Notes under the pieces: generated by a model
Told to the model about the DNA's origin: nothing
What the model saw: the letters and a program-made list of their open reading frames with translations, nothing else
Databases searched by the model: none
Translations under genes and position numbers: made by a program
DNA from: Acidimicrobiales bacterium
Lineage (GTDB): Bacteria > Actinomycetota > Acidimicrobiia > Acidimicrobiales > Iamiaceae
Direction: 5' to 3'
Length of the DNA: 32,000 nt
NCBI GenBank assembly: GCA_025463365.1
Contig: JAOBWM010000006.1
Coordinates: 1 to 32,000 of the forward strand
Shown: positions 14,452 to 22,993 of the stretch, one piece after another
How positions within the stretch are numbered: position 1 is the stretch's first letter
Layout: every line of letters starts with the position of its first letter

Positions 14452-15234
14452 ATGACCAAGCTGGTGGTGGTGGGGGGCGGGAAGATGGGCGAAGCGCTCG
14501 TGGGTGGCCTGCTGGCGGGCGGCTGGACGACGGCCGAGCAGATCACGGTGGTGGAGCCGGACGCGGCGCGGCGGGCGCACCTCGCCACCTCGTTCCCGGG
14601 CCTCGCCGTCGGGGTCGAGCCGGTCGCGGCTTCCGGCGCCGTCATCGCCGTGAAGCCGGGCAAGGTCGCCGAGGTCGCGGCCCAACTGGGCGCCCTCGCC
14701 ATCCCTCGCGTGTTGTCGATCGCGGCGGGCGTCCGCCTCGAGACGATCGAGGCCCAGGTCCCGGTGGACACGGCGGTGGTGCGGGCGATGCCGAACACGC
14801 CGGCGCTCGTCGGCCAGGGCGCGGCCGCCATCGCCGGGGGCCACGGCGCGGGCGACGACGACCTCGTCTGGGCCGAGGGCATCCTCGGCGCGGTCGGCAC
14901 CGTGGTGCGCGTCACCGAGGACCAGCTCGACGCCGTCACCGGCCTCTCGGGCTCTGGCCCCGCATACGTCTTCCTCGTGGCCGAGGCGCTCGTCGACGCC
15001 GGCGTGCTCGTCGGTCTGCCACGCGACACCGCCGCCGACCTCGTCGCGCAGACCTTGCGGGGCGCGGCCGAGCTGCTCGCCGCTGGGACCCCGGCAGCCG
15101 AGCTGCGCGCTGCGGTCACCTCGCCCGGCGGCACCACCGCGGCAGGCCTGCGCGCGCTCGAGGCGGCCGCGGTCCGCGCCGCGTTCGCCGACGCCGTCGT
15201 CGCCGCCACCGCCCGCAGCCGCGAGCTCGGCTGA
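14452..15234 (+). CDS. proC: Pyrroline-5-carboxylate reductase
   Basis: 260-aa ORF with VVGGGKMGEAL (Rossmann fold), RAMPNTPALVGQG, and SGSGPAYVFLVAEAL...VTSPGGTT, the ProC signature. Confidence 0.9.
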   Translation: MTKLVVVGGGKMGEALVGGLLAGGWTTAEQITVVEPDAARRAHLATSFPGLAVGVEPVAASGAVIAVKPGKVAEVAAQLGALAIPRVLSIAAGVRLETIEAQVPVDTAVVRAMPNTPALVGQGAAAIAGGHGAGDDDLVWAEGILGAVGTVVRVTEDQLDAVTGLSGSGPAYVFLVAEALVDAGVLVGLPRDTAADLVAQTLRGAAELLAAGTPAAELRAAVTSPGGTTAAGLRALEAAAVRAAFADAVVAATARSRELG

Positions 15235-15270
15235 CGGACCCGTCCCGCCGGACCGTAGGGTCGGGTCGCT

Positions 15271-16131
15271 GTGAGCCGCTTCGACACCATCTCCTTCCTC
15301 ACCGACTACGGAACCACCGACGAGTTCGTCGGCGTGGTGCACTCGGTCATCCGCCAGCTGTCGCCTGAGGTTCGGGTGATCGACATCACCCATGAGATCC
15401 CCGCTCACGACGTGCGCCACGGCGGCCTCACCCTGGCCCGCGCCGCGCAGTACCTGGCTCCCGGTGTCGTGCTGGCCGTCGTCGATCCCGGGGTCGCCAC
15501 CGCTCGGAAGGCCATCGCTGTCGAGGTGGGCGACGGGGAGTCCATCCTCGTCGGTCCCGACAACGGCCTGTTGGCCCCGGCGGTGGCCATGGTCGGGGGC
15601 GCGACCCGCGCCGTGGAGATCACCAATCCCGAGTTCCAGCTCGCCGCGCCCGGCCCCACGTTCGCCGGCCGCGACGTGTTCGGCCCCGCGGCCGCCCACC
15701 TGTGCAACGGCATCGACCTGCTCGAGCTCGGCCCCGAGATCGATCCGGCCACGCTCACGCCCGGGATGATGCCGATCACCCGGATCGAGGACGGCAACCT
15801 GGTCGCCGAGGTGCTGTGGACCGACCGCTTCGGGAACCTGCAGCTCAACGTCGACCCCGAGGAGATCTCGGCCCTCGGCGACCGCGTCGAGCTGCGGTTC
15901 GACGGTCGGGCCCGCACCGGGGTCCGCCACCACACCTATGCCGCCATCCCCACCGGCGAGGTCGGCCTGGTGGTCGACTCCTACGGCCTGATGTCGATCG
16001 CGTTCGACCGCAACTCGGCGGCCGACGAGCTCGGCATCGGCACCGGCGACGAGGTGATCCTGGCGGGGATCGGCGACGAAGCCCGATCGCTCGGCGTCGT
16101 CACGCCCGTCACGTTGAAGGAGAAGCCGTGA
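15271..16131 (+). CDS. SAM hydroxide adenosyltransferase family protein (DUF62; fluorinase/chlorinase superfamily)
   Basis: 286-aa ORF with a GTG start. Contains ISFLTDYGTTDEFVG, VVDPGVATARK, VGPDNGLL and PTFAGRDVFGPAAAHL, all DUF62 hallmark blocks. Confidence 0.85.
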   Translation: MSRFDTISFLTDYGTTDEFVGVVHSVIRQLSPEVRVIDITHEIPAHDVRHGGLTLARAAQYLAPGVVLAVVDPGVATARKAIAVEVGDGESILVGPDNGLLAPAVAMVGGATRAVEITNPEFQLAAPGPTFAGRDVFGPAAAHLCNGIDLLELGPEIDPATLTPGMMPITRIEDGNLVAEVLWTDRFGNLQLNVDPEEISALGDRVELRFDGRARTGVRHHTYAAIPTGEVGLVVDSYGLMSIAFDRNSAADELGIGTGDEVILAGIGDEARSLGVVTPVTLKEKP

Positions 16132-16214
16132 GGCCTGCCACCACCATCGTCCTGGCCGTTCTACTCGGCCTGATCGTCCTCTCCGCCACCATCCAGCTCG
16201 TCCTGCTGTCCTAG
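16128..16214 (+). CDS. Speculative 28-aa hydrophobic micro-ORF coupled to the DUF62 gene
   Basis: GTG 16128 overlaps the DUF62 stop (GTGA). It encodes VRPATTIVLAVLLGLIVLSATIQLVLLS, a single TM-like helix. There is no SD and no homology evidence. Confidence 0.25.
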   Translation: MRPATTIVLAVLLGLIVLSATIQLVLLS

Positions 16215-17035
16215 AGCCGGGCTGCCATCCGGTCGCGGGTGAACGCCTGGGCGCCCCGCAGGTTGAGCCATCCGGCGATGGCCCACACGACGGCGCCGAC
16301 CGCGAGCGCGATGAGGGGTCCCGACAACAGCAACGTCGTGGTCTGGCCGACGGCGAGGATCACGAGGGGCAGCACGACGGCGCCACCGAGCTGCTGCGCC
16401 TCCTGGGTGTTGCTCACGCGGATCGAGACCCGAACCATGATCCCCAGCCCCACGGCCGCAACCGCGGGTGAGATCCAGAAGATCACGATCGCCCAGAGCC
16501 ACGTGGGCAGGAACAGCCGGTGCATCACCGACCAGCACACGGCGTTCGACACCACGAGGTAGAAGGCAAAGCCCACCCAGGCCACCGCCACCGCGGGAAG
16601 GAAGCTGCCGAGCAGCTTGGCCACGTACAGGTCCTTGTCGCGCACGGGCAGGTGGAGGATCGTCTCGAGCGTCTTGCGCTCCTTCTCGCCGGCGAAGGCG
16701 TCGCCGGCCAGCACGGCGGACACCATCAACGGGACGATGAGGAACAGCGGGGCGACCAGGTAGCCGAGCACCAAGATCACGAGCCGTTCCTGGTGCGGGT
16801 GCGTCATGACGGACGAGGCGAGTCGGCCCGGCAGGAGCTTGAGGAAGTCCTCGACGTGCAGCGCATCGCCGTGGGCGGCCAGCCCGATCGAGAGCGGCAG
16901 CAGCACCAGGAGCAGCAGCGGCACGAGCAGCATCGGCAACATCACGGCCTTGGAGCGCCGCACCGCCCCGAGATCTCGTCCCAGCACGGCGCGGACGGCG
17001 TCGCGGTCGAAGCCGGCGATCGTGGGCCCGCTCAC
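16211..17035 (-). CDS. ABC-2-type transporter permease
   Basis: 274-aa ORF with 6 hydrophobic segments. Its start overlaps the stop of the upstream ATPase gene (ATGA-type 4-nt overlap). Confidence 0.75.
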   Translation of the reverse strand: MSGPTIAGFDRDAVRAVLGRDLGAVRRSKAVMLPMLLVPLLLLVLLPLSIGLAAHGDALHVEDFLKLLPGRLASSVMTHPHQERLVILVLGYLVAPLFLIVPLMVSAVLAGDAFAGEKERKTLETILHLPVRDKDLYVAKLLGSFLPAVAVAWVGFAFYLVVSNAVCWSVMHRLFLPTWLWAIVIFWISPAVAAVGLGIMVRVSIRVSNTQEAQQLGGAVVLPLVILAVGQTTTLLLSGPLIALAVGAVVWAIAGWLNLRGAQAFTRDRMAARL

Positions 17036-18165
17036 GGCTCGTCACCACTGATCGAACCGATGGCGTCCACCAGCGGACCGTCGACCGTGCGATCCGGCGC
17101 CGGACCCTCGGCCATGCCCCGCTCGTCCTGCGCCCCGGGTACTCCGGCGGCCGCGGCGCGGGCTTCGAGCGCGAAGTAGACGTCCTCCAGGTCGGGGTCG
17201 CGCGGGTCGACGCCGAAGACGGTCGCCCCGGCGCTCACGCACGTGGCCACGACCAGCGGGACGTCATCGCGCGAGCCCACCCGCACGAGGGCCCCGATCT
17301 CGGTGGGAACGGCCTGCACGATCGCCGGCAGTGCCCCGAGCCGGATCAGCAGCTCGCGTGATGCAGTGCCGCCGAGGTCGAGCCGGACCTCGAACCCGGT
17401 CCACAGCTGGGCCGCGAGGTCGGCGGTGGTGCCGAACGCGTGGAGCACCCCGCGGAACAGCACGGCCATCCGGCCGGCGAGCTTCCCCGCCTCGCCGAGG
17501 AAGTGCGTGCAGAGCACGACGGTCCGGCCGCGGTCCGCCGCGAGGGAGCCGATCAGGTCCACGACGTCGCGCGTGGCGGCCGGGTCCAGGCCTGAGGTGG
17601 GCTCGTCCAGGAACAGCAGCTCGGGATCGTGCAGCAGGGCGCGGGCGAGCGCCACGCGCTTGCGCTGGCCGGTGGAGAAGCCTTGGACCTTGACGTCGGC
17701 TCGGTGCGACATCCCGAACCGCTCCAGCAGCTCGTTGCCGCGGCGCCGGGTCTCGGTGGCGCCCATGCCCCGCAGGCGGCCGACGAATTCGAGGTTCTCC
17801 AAGGCCGTGAACCGCTCGTCGAGCCCCGCGTTCTCGGTCAGTACGCCGGTACGGCGACGGAGCTCCTCGCCCTGGATCCACGGGTCGAGCCCGAGCACGG
17901 TGGCCCGGCCGGAGTCTGGGTCCAACACGCCGTTGAGCAAGCGCATGGTCGTCGTCTTCCCCGCGCCGTTCGGGCCGAGCAGGGCGATCACCTCGCCGGG
18001 CCGGGCGTCGAGCGTCAGCGCGTCGAGCGCGATGCCCGACGGGAAGCTGCGGGTCAGGTTCTCGCAGTCGATCACTCGCTCGCCGGCCCCCACTGACCCA
18101 GTGTGGCAGGTGATCGCGCCGATGCGACCAGGGCGTCTCGGCCGGGGCCCGACTCGATCCGTCAC
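17032..18165 (-). CDS. ABC transporter ATP-binding protein (start uncertain; alternative GTG at 18093)
   Basis: Walker A GPNGAGKTT, signature FSTGQRKRV, Walker B LLFLDEPTSGLD, and an H-loop CTHFL. There is about a 120-aa C-terminal extension. Confidence 0.85.
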   Translation of the reverse strand: MTDRVGPRPRRPGRIGAITCHTGSVGAGERVIDCENLTRSFPSGIALDALTLDARPGEVIALLGPNGAGKTTTMRLLNGVLDPDSGRATVLGLDPWIQGEELRRRTGVLTENAGLDERFTALENLEFVGRLRGMGATETRRRGNELLERFGMSHRADVKVQGFSTGQRKRVALARALLHDPELLFLDEPTSGLDPAATRDVVDLIGSLAADRGRTVVLCTHFLGEAGKLAGRMAVLFRGVLHAFGTTADLAAQLWTGFEVRLDLGGTASRELLIRLGALPAIVQAVPTEIGALVRVGSRDDVPLVVATCVSAGATVFGVDPRDPDLEDVYFALEARAAAAGVPGAQDERGMAEGPAPDRTVDGPLVDAIGSISGDEP

Positions 18166-18233
18166 CGGATCGTCGGTTGTGCTCCACTGTCGTCCACCGT
18201 GGTCCCCGGGTCCTGCCCTCCTTCGAGGTACGC

Positions 18234-19727
18234 GTGAATCTCGCCTCCATCATCGATCCCCATCCCGACGACGCCGTCGCCATCATCAGCCGCGGCCGTG
18301 CCACCACCTACAGCCTCCTCCGGGAACAGGTCGCGAGCCTGCGGGGCGGCCTGACCGAGCTCGGGATCGATCCAGGCGACCGGGTCGGGATCATCTGCGC
18401 GAACAACTGGTACTTCGTCGTGACCTACCTCGCCGTGCTCGGCGTCGGCGGCGTGGCGGTGCCGCTCAACCCCCTGAGCCCGCCCCGCGAGATCGAGCGG
18501 GAGCTCGCAGCGGTCGGCGCCCGCGCCCTGGTTGCCGCGCCCGCGGGCCGCAAGACCGCTGACGCCATCGATCGCAGCCGGCTCCCGGTCCTCGAGTTCC
18601 TGATCCACAGCGAGGGCCACGCCGGTGATGGCTCCCTGCAGCTCGACGAGCTGATGGCCGCCGCCCCTGTGCCGGTGGTCCAGCGGACCCCCGAGGACCT
18701 GGCCCTACTGATCTTCACCAGCGGCACGGCCGGTTCGCCGAAGGCCGCGATGCTCTCGCACGGCAACCTGCTGGCCAACATCGACCAGGTCATCGAGCTC
18801 CGACCCGACGGCGCCGACGCGACCGACGTCGGCTTCGGCGTGCTGCCGATGTTCCACATCTTCGGGCTCAACGTCGTCCTCGGTACCGCCCTGCGGGCGG
18901 GTGCGTCGGTGCTGCTCGTCGAGCGGTTCGATCCGACGTCGGCCGTCGAGGCGATCCAGAAGCACGAGGTCACGGTGCTGGCCGGAGCGCCCCAGATGTG
19001 GGCGGCCTGGGCCTCGATGCCCGGCCTGGACGGCGACGCCTTCGCCACCGTGAAGGTCGCCACGTCGGGCGCCGCGCACCTCGATGCCCACGTCGCCGAG
19101 ACGGTTCGGAGCCGCTTCGGCCTCGAGATCGGCGAGGGCTACGGCCTCACCGAGGCGTCGCCGGTCGTCACCGCCTCGATCGGCCTCCCGTGGCGGCCGG
19201 GCTCGGTGGGCACGCCGGTCGACGGGGTCGACCTCCGCCTGGTCGATGCCGACGGCGAGGACGTCCTGGTCGGCGATCCCGGCGAGATCTGGGTCCACGG
19301 GCCCAACGTGTTCCAGGGGTACTGGAACGATGCCGAGGCCACCCGGGGCGCCGTCGACGACGACGGCTGGTTGCACACCGGTGACATCGCCATCGTCGAC
19401 GAGGAGGGCTACTTGTTCCTCGTCGACCGGGCCAAGGACCTGATCATCGTCTCGGGCTTCAACGTGTTCCCCGCCGAGGTCGAGGAGGTGCTCCTCGAGC
19501 TGCCGGGCGTGCGCGAGTGCGCGGTGGTCGGCGTGCCGCATCCGCACACGGGCGAGGCCGTGAAGGCCTTCGTGGTCGTCGAGCCCGGCTTCTCCCTCGA
19601 GGAGGACGCCGTGATCGAGTTCGCCGCCGGGCACCTCGCCCGGTACAAGTGCCCGCAGAAGGTCAACTTCGTGGACGAGTTGCCGCAGAACCTCTCGGGC
19701 AAGATCCTCCGCCGCGCCCTGCGCTGA
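18234..19727 (+). CDS. AMP-dependent acyl-CoA synthetase/ligase (FadD-like)
   Basis: Contains IFTSGTAGSPKAAMLSHGNL (AMP-binding motif), GEGYGLTE, WLHTGDIA and GKILRR. I prefer GTG 18234 (VNLASIIDPH...) over the track start 18177. Confidence 0.85.
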   Translation: MNLASIIDPHPDDAVAIISRGRATTYSLLREQVASLRGGLTELGIDPGDRVGIICANNWYFVVTYLAVLGVGGVAVPLNPLSPPREIERELAAVGARALVAAPAGRKTADAIDRSRLPVLEFLIHSEGHAGDGSLQLDELMAAAPVPVVQRTPEDLALLIFTSGTAGSPKAAMLSHGNLLANIDQVIELRPDGADATDVGFGVLPMFHIFGLNVVLGTALRAGASVLLVERFDPTSAVEAIQKHEVTVLAGAPQMWAAWASMPGLDGDAFATVKVATSGAAHLDAHVAETVRSRFGLEIGEGYGLTEASPVVTASIGLPWRPGSVGTPVDGVDLRLVDADGEDVLVGDPGEIWVHGPNVFQGYWNDAEATRGAVDDDGWLHTGDIAIVDEEGYLFLVDRAKDLIIVSGFNVFPAEVEEVLLELPGVRECAVVGVPHPHTGEAVKAFVVVEPGFSLEEDAVIEFAAGHLARYKCPQKVNFVDELPQNLSGKILRRALR

Positions 19728-19752
19728 CCCGGCGGCCCCCCGGCCGCTTCGC

Positions 19753-19770
19753 TTGTGATCATGTGCACGA
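19753..19770. promoter_or_regulatory. Candidate Rex operator (ROP) overlapping the rex promoter
   Basis: TTGTGATCATGTGCACGA matches TTGTGAA-N4-TTCACAA at 11 of 14 specified positions. It lies 22 nt upstream of the rex ATG. A TAGCGT -10-like box is at 19778-19783. Confidence 0.55.
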
Positions 19771-19792
19771 CCGGAGCTAGCGTCCCTCGGCG

Positions 19793-20476
19793 ATGGTCGA
19801 CCGCATCCGCCGCATCCCCGAGGCCACCGTGGCCCGCCTCCCGGTCTACCTGCGGAGCCTCGCGGAGCTCGTCGACGAGAAGATCGCCACGGTGTCGTCC
19901 GAGCGGCTGGCCGAGATGGCCGGCGTCAACGCGGCCAAGGTCCGCAAGGACCTGTCCTACCTCGGCTCCTACGGGACGCGGGGCGTCGGCTACGACGTCG
20001 AGTACCTGCTCTTCCAGATGAGCCGCGAGCTCGGGCTCACCCATGACTGGCCCGTGGCCATCGTCGGGGCCGGCAACCTGGGCCAGGCCCTCGCCAACTA
20101 CGGCGGCTTCACCCAGCGAGGGTTCCCGGTGGCGGTCCTGGTCGATGCCGATGCATCGAAGGTCGGCCAGATCATCCACGGCGTGCGCGTCCACCACATC
20201 GACGAGCTGCCCGAACTGTCGGCCACCCTCGGGATCGGGATCGGGATCATCGCGACCCCGGCGTCGGCCGCCCAGGACGTCGCCGACCGTCTCGTGGCCG
20301 CCGGCGTGGCATCGATCCTGAACTTCGCACCGGCGGTGATCTCGGTCCCCGACGGCACCTCGCTCCGCAAGGTGGACCTGGCGCTGGAGCTCCAGATCCT
20401 CTCCTTCTACCAGGAGCACCGCGACCTCGAATCCGACGGTGCCCCGCCCCACCAAGCCCCGCTCGCCCCTGGATAG
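19793..20476 (+). CDS. rex: Redox-sensing transcriptional repressor Rex
   Basis: 227-aa ORF with RIPEATVARLPVYLRSL, GVNAAKVRKDLSYLGSYGTRGVGYDV and the Rossmann motif AIVGAGNLGQAL. Confidence 0.9.
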   Translation: MVDRIRRIPEATVARLPVYLRSLAELVDEKIATVSSERLAEMAGVNAAKVRKDLSYLGSYGTRGVGYDVEYLLFQMSRELGLTHDWPVAIVGAGNLGQALANYGGFTQRGFPVAVLVDADASKVGQIIHGVRVHHIDELPELSATLGIGIGIIATPASAAQDVADRLVAAGVASILNFAPAVISVPDGTSLRKVDLALELQILSFYQEHRDLESDGAPPHQAPLAPG

Positions 20477-20485
20477 GGTGCCCGC

Positions 20486-21097
20486 ATGACCGCGATCCCG
20501 CCGCCTGATGCCGAAGCGCCGCCGAACGCGGATCCCGAGCCGGGCGCCGGGCGCGAGGACTCGGGCCAACGGGTGGAGCAGATCGTCGGGGTGTCCTTCG
20601 ACAAGGTCACCCGGGCCGACGAGGTCCTGCTGGCCATGACCCACCTCCAGCAGGAGGGCGAGATCGCCATCACCGACGCCGTCGTGGTGTCGAAGGACGA
20701 CGGCGGCCGGGTGCACGTGCGCCAGACGGTCGACCCCACGCCGGGCCGGGCCGCCCTCAACGGCTCGATCTGGGGGATGCTCGTCGGCGCCATCATCGGC
20801 GGGCCGGTGTTCTTCGTGGGGGCCGCGGTCGGTGCGGGCAGCGCGGCCTTGATGGCCAAGCTGGTCGATCTGGGCCTCGACGACCACTGGGTGCGCCAGG
20901 TGGCCGACTGGCTCGACCCCGGCACCTCGGCGCTGCTGTTGCTCGTGGCCGACGACATGCGCCCGTCCGTGGTCCACGAGCTCGGCCGGTACGAGGGCAA
21001 GGTCCTCTACTGCACCTTCCCCGACGCGGTCCGCCGCGAGCTGGAACGGGCCCTCGCTGACGACTCGGACCCGGTCGCCGACCCGAGCGAGGAATGA
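20486..21097 (+). CDS. DUF1269-domain membrane protein
   Basis: 203-aa ORF. It has the pattern (V/I)..F......A.EVL..M..LQ.EG.I...DAVVV.KD..G.V, then a Gly-rich TM pair, then LVDLGLDD.....V...L.PGTSALLLLV....P..V..EL..Y.GKVL. Confidence 0.75.
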   Translation: MTAIPPPDAEAPPNADPEPGAGREDSGQRVEQIVGVSFDKVTRADEVLLAMTHLQQEGEIAITDAVVVSKDDGGRVHVRQTVDPTPGRAALNGSIWGMLVGAIIGGPVFFVGAAVGAGSAALMAKLVDLGLDDHWVRQVADWLDPGTSALLLLVADDMRPSVVHELGRYEGKVLYCTFPDAVRRELERALADDSDPVADPSEE

Positions 21098-21732
21098 GCG
21101 ACCGCTACCCGGTCCTGCTCCGCCTCGAGGGGGAGCGGTGCCTGGTGGTGGGCGGCGGTGCGGTGGCGGAGCGGAAGGTTCGAGGACTGCTCGCGGTTGG
21201 AGCGACCGTGACCCTGCTCGCGCCTGACGCCACCGCCGCCTTGGCCGGCTTGGTCGCGGACGGAACCGTGGCCTGGGAGCCACGGCGCTACGCCGGCGGG
21301 GACGCGGCCGGCGCCTGGCGCTTCGTGGTGGCCGCCACCGACGATCCCGCGGTCAACGGGCGGGTGGTGGCCGACGCCGCCCGGGTGGGCACCTGGGCCA
21401 ACGATGCCTCGGCGCCCGAGGGTGGCCCGGCGTCGCTGCCGGCGATCCACCGCGAGGGCCCCGTCACGGTCGCTGTGGCCACGGGCGGGGCCCACCCCGG
21501 AGCCGCGGCCTGGTTGCGCGACCTCGCCGCCGGCGCGATCAAGCCCGAGCACCTGGCCGCCGTGGAGCTGTTCGCCGAGGTGCGCAACGAGGCCGCAGCC
21601 GCTGGTACGACCGCTCCCCGCCCCGATTGGCGGCAGGCGGTCGATTCGGGAATGCTTGATCTCATCCGCGAAGGCCGAAGGGCCGAAGCCAAGGAGCGCC
21701 TCCAGGCGTGTCTGTCGTCGTCATCGGACTGA
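21094..21732 (+). CDS. Precorrin-2 dehydrogenase / sirohydrochlorin ferrochelatase-like (siroheme synthase N-terminal domain type)
   Basis: 212-aa ORF with CLVVGGGAVAERKVRGLLAVGATVTLLAP (NAD-binding) and RFVVAATDDPAVN. There is an ATGA overlap with the upstream gene, and the 3' end overlaps the hemA start by 25 nt. Confidence 0.7.
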   Translation: MSDRYPVLLRLEGERCLVVGGGAVAERKVRGLLAVGATVTLLAPDATAALAGLVADGTVAWEPRRYAGGDAAGAWRFVVAATDDPAVNGRVVADAARVGTWANDASAPEGGPASLPAIHREGPVTVAVATGGAHPGAAAWLRDLAAGAIKPEHLAAVELFAEVRNEAAAAGTTAPRPDWRQAVDSGMLDLIREGRRAEAKERLQACLSSSSD

Positions 21733-22982
21733 ACCACCGAACCATGCCGCTCGATCTCTTCGAGCGCATGACCATCGATGGCGCGCGCCTGCCCAAGGCG
21801 CTGCACGATCTCGGTTCGCGCGAGCACATCGGCGAGGTCGTAGTGCTCTCCACGTGCAACCGCACCGAGGTGTACGCCATCGCCGAGCGGTTCCACGGCG
21901 CCTACGCGGATGTGCGCAACTTCCTCTCGGAGCTGGCCTTCGTGCCGCCCGACGAGTTCGCCGACCACCTCTACGTCCACTACGACAACGAGGCCGTGCG
22001 CCACCTGTTCGCGGTGGCGGCCGGGCTCGACTCGGCGGTGATCGGCGAGGCCGAGATCCTCGGGCAGGTCCGCAACGCCTGGGAGCAGGCCGGCGCCGAA
22101 GGCACCACCGGCCCGATCTTGAACCTCCTGTTCCGCCACGCCCTCGAGACGGGCAAGCGGGCCCGCACCGACACGAGCATCGCTCGGGGCACCGCTTCGG
22201 TGTCGAGCGCCGCGGTGGAGATGGCCGCCGAGCGCATCGGCAGCCTGTCGGGCAAGCGGGTCCTCGTCCTCGGTGCCGGCGACATGGCCGAGGGCATGTC
22301 CACCGCCCTGCAGGGCGCCGGCGTCACCGACGTCTTCGTGGCCAACCGCACCTGGCGCAAGGCCCGCGCCCTGGCCGACCGCATCGGTGGCCAGGCCGTG
22401 CGGCTCTCGGACCTGCCGCTGGCCCTGCTCGAGATCGACCTGCTCCTCACCTCGACCGGCTCCCAGGTCCCGGTGGTCGAGCGCGACGACTTCGCCCCGG
22501 TCATGGCCGAGCGAGCCGGGCGCCCCCTGCTGATCGTCGACATCGCCGTGCCCCGTGACGTCGACCCGACCGTGCGCGACCTGCCTGGTGTCACGCTGCT
22601 CGACATCAACGACCTGCGCACGTTCGCCCAGGCCGGCATCGAGCGTCGCTCCCATGAGCTGGCCGCGGTGGAGGCGATCGTCGACGAAGAGCTGGAGCGC
22701 TTCCGCACCGCGGCGTCGGCCCGGTCCGCGGCTCCCGTCGTGTCTTCGCTCCACGGATGGGCCGACGACATCCGCACCGCCGAGCTGGCCCGGTTCGACG
22801 CCAAGCTCGCCGGCCTCGACGATCGGGAGCGGGCCACCGTCGAGGCTCTCACCCGCGGCCTGGTGGCCAAGCTGCTCCACCAGCCCACCGTCGCCCTGAA
22901 GGGGAGCGCCGGTTCACCCACCGGTGACCGCCTCGCCGACGCCCTCCGCCAGCTGTTCGACCTCGACCAGCCGCCGTCCTGA
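21708..22982 (+). CDS. hemA: Glutamyl-tRNA reductase
   Basis: 424-aa ORF with a GTG start. Contains VVVIGLNHRTMPLDLFE, VVLSTCNRTEVYA (active-site Cys) and the NADPH motif VLVLGAGDMAE. Confidence 0.9.
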   Translation: MSVVVIGLNHRTMPLDLFERMTIDGARLPKALHDLGSREHIGEVVVLSTCNRTEVYAIAERFHGAYADVRNFLSELAFVPPDEFADHLYVHYDNEAVRHLFAVAAGLDSAVIGEAEILGQVRNAWEQAGAEGTTGPILNLLFRHALETGKRARTDTSIARGTASVSSAAVEMAAERIGSLSGKRVLVLGAGDMAEGMSTALQGAGVTDVFVANRTWRKARALADRIGGQAVRLSDLPLALLEIDLLLTSTGSQVPVVERDDFAPVMAERAGRPLLIVDIAVPRDVDPTVRDLPGVTLLDINDLRTFAQAGIERRSHELAAVEAIVDEELERFRTAASARSAAPVVSSLHGWADDIRTAELARFDAKLAGLDDRERATVEALTRGLVAKLLHQPTVALKGSAGSPTGDRLADALRQLFDLDQPPS

Positions 22983-22993
22983 CCGGCTCCGTC

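Noticed and set aside
15271-16131. The idea that the DUF62-family gene is a fluorinase or chlorinase functionally linked to the fluoride riboswitch/CLC-F locus.
   Set aside because: The loci are 13 kb apart on different strands. The protein lacks the long loop insertion of fluorinase and has Ala-Gly where fluorinase has Tyr-Ser in the TF-x-x-R block. It looks like an ordinary, slightly variant SAM hydrolase family member. Fluoride exporters are widespread detoxification genes.
18925-18934. A GGTTCGATCC tRNA T-arm-like string.
   Set aside because: It lies inside the acyl-CoA ligase coding frame (ERFDPTS) and has no flanking acceptor, D-arm or anticodon-arm pairing.
19732-19747. Short GC hairpins after the acyl-CoA ligase gene (GCGGCC-cccc-GGCCGC) and after the RsiG-like gene (12014-12032, CCGCGAG-ccctg-CTCGCGG), considered as intrinsic terminators.
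   Set aside because: The stems are only 6-7 bp with no U-tract. Hairpins of this size are frequent by chance in GC-rich DNA, so I do not list them as features.
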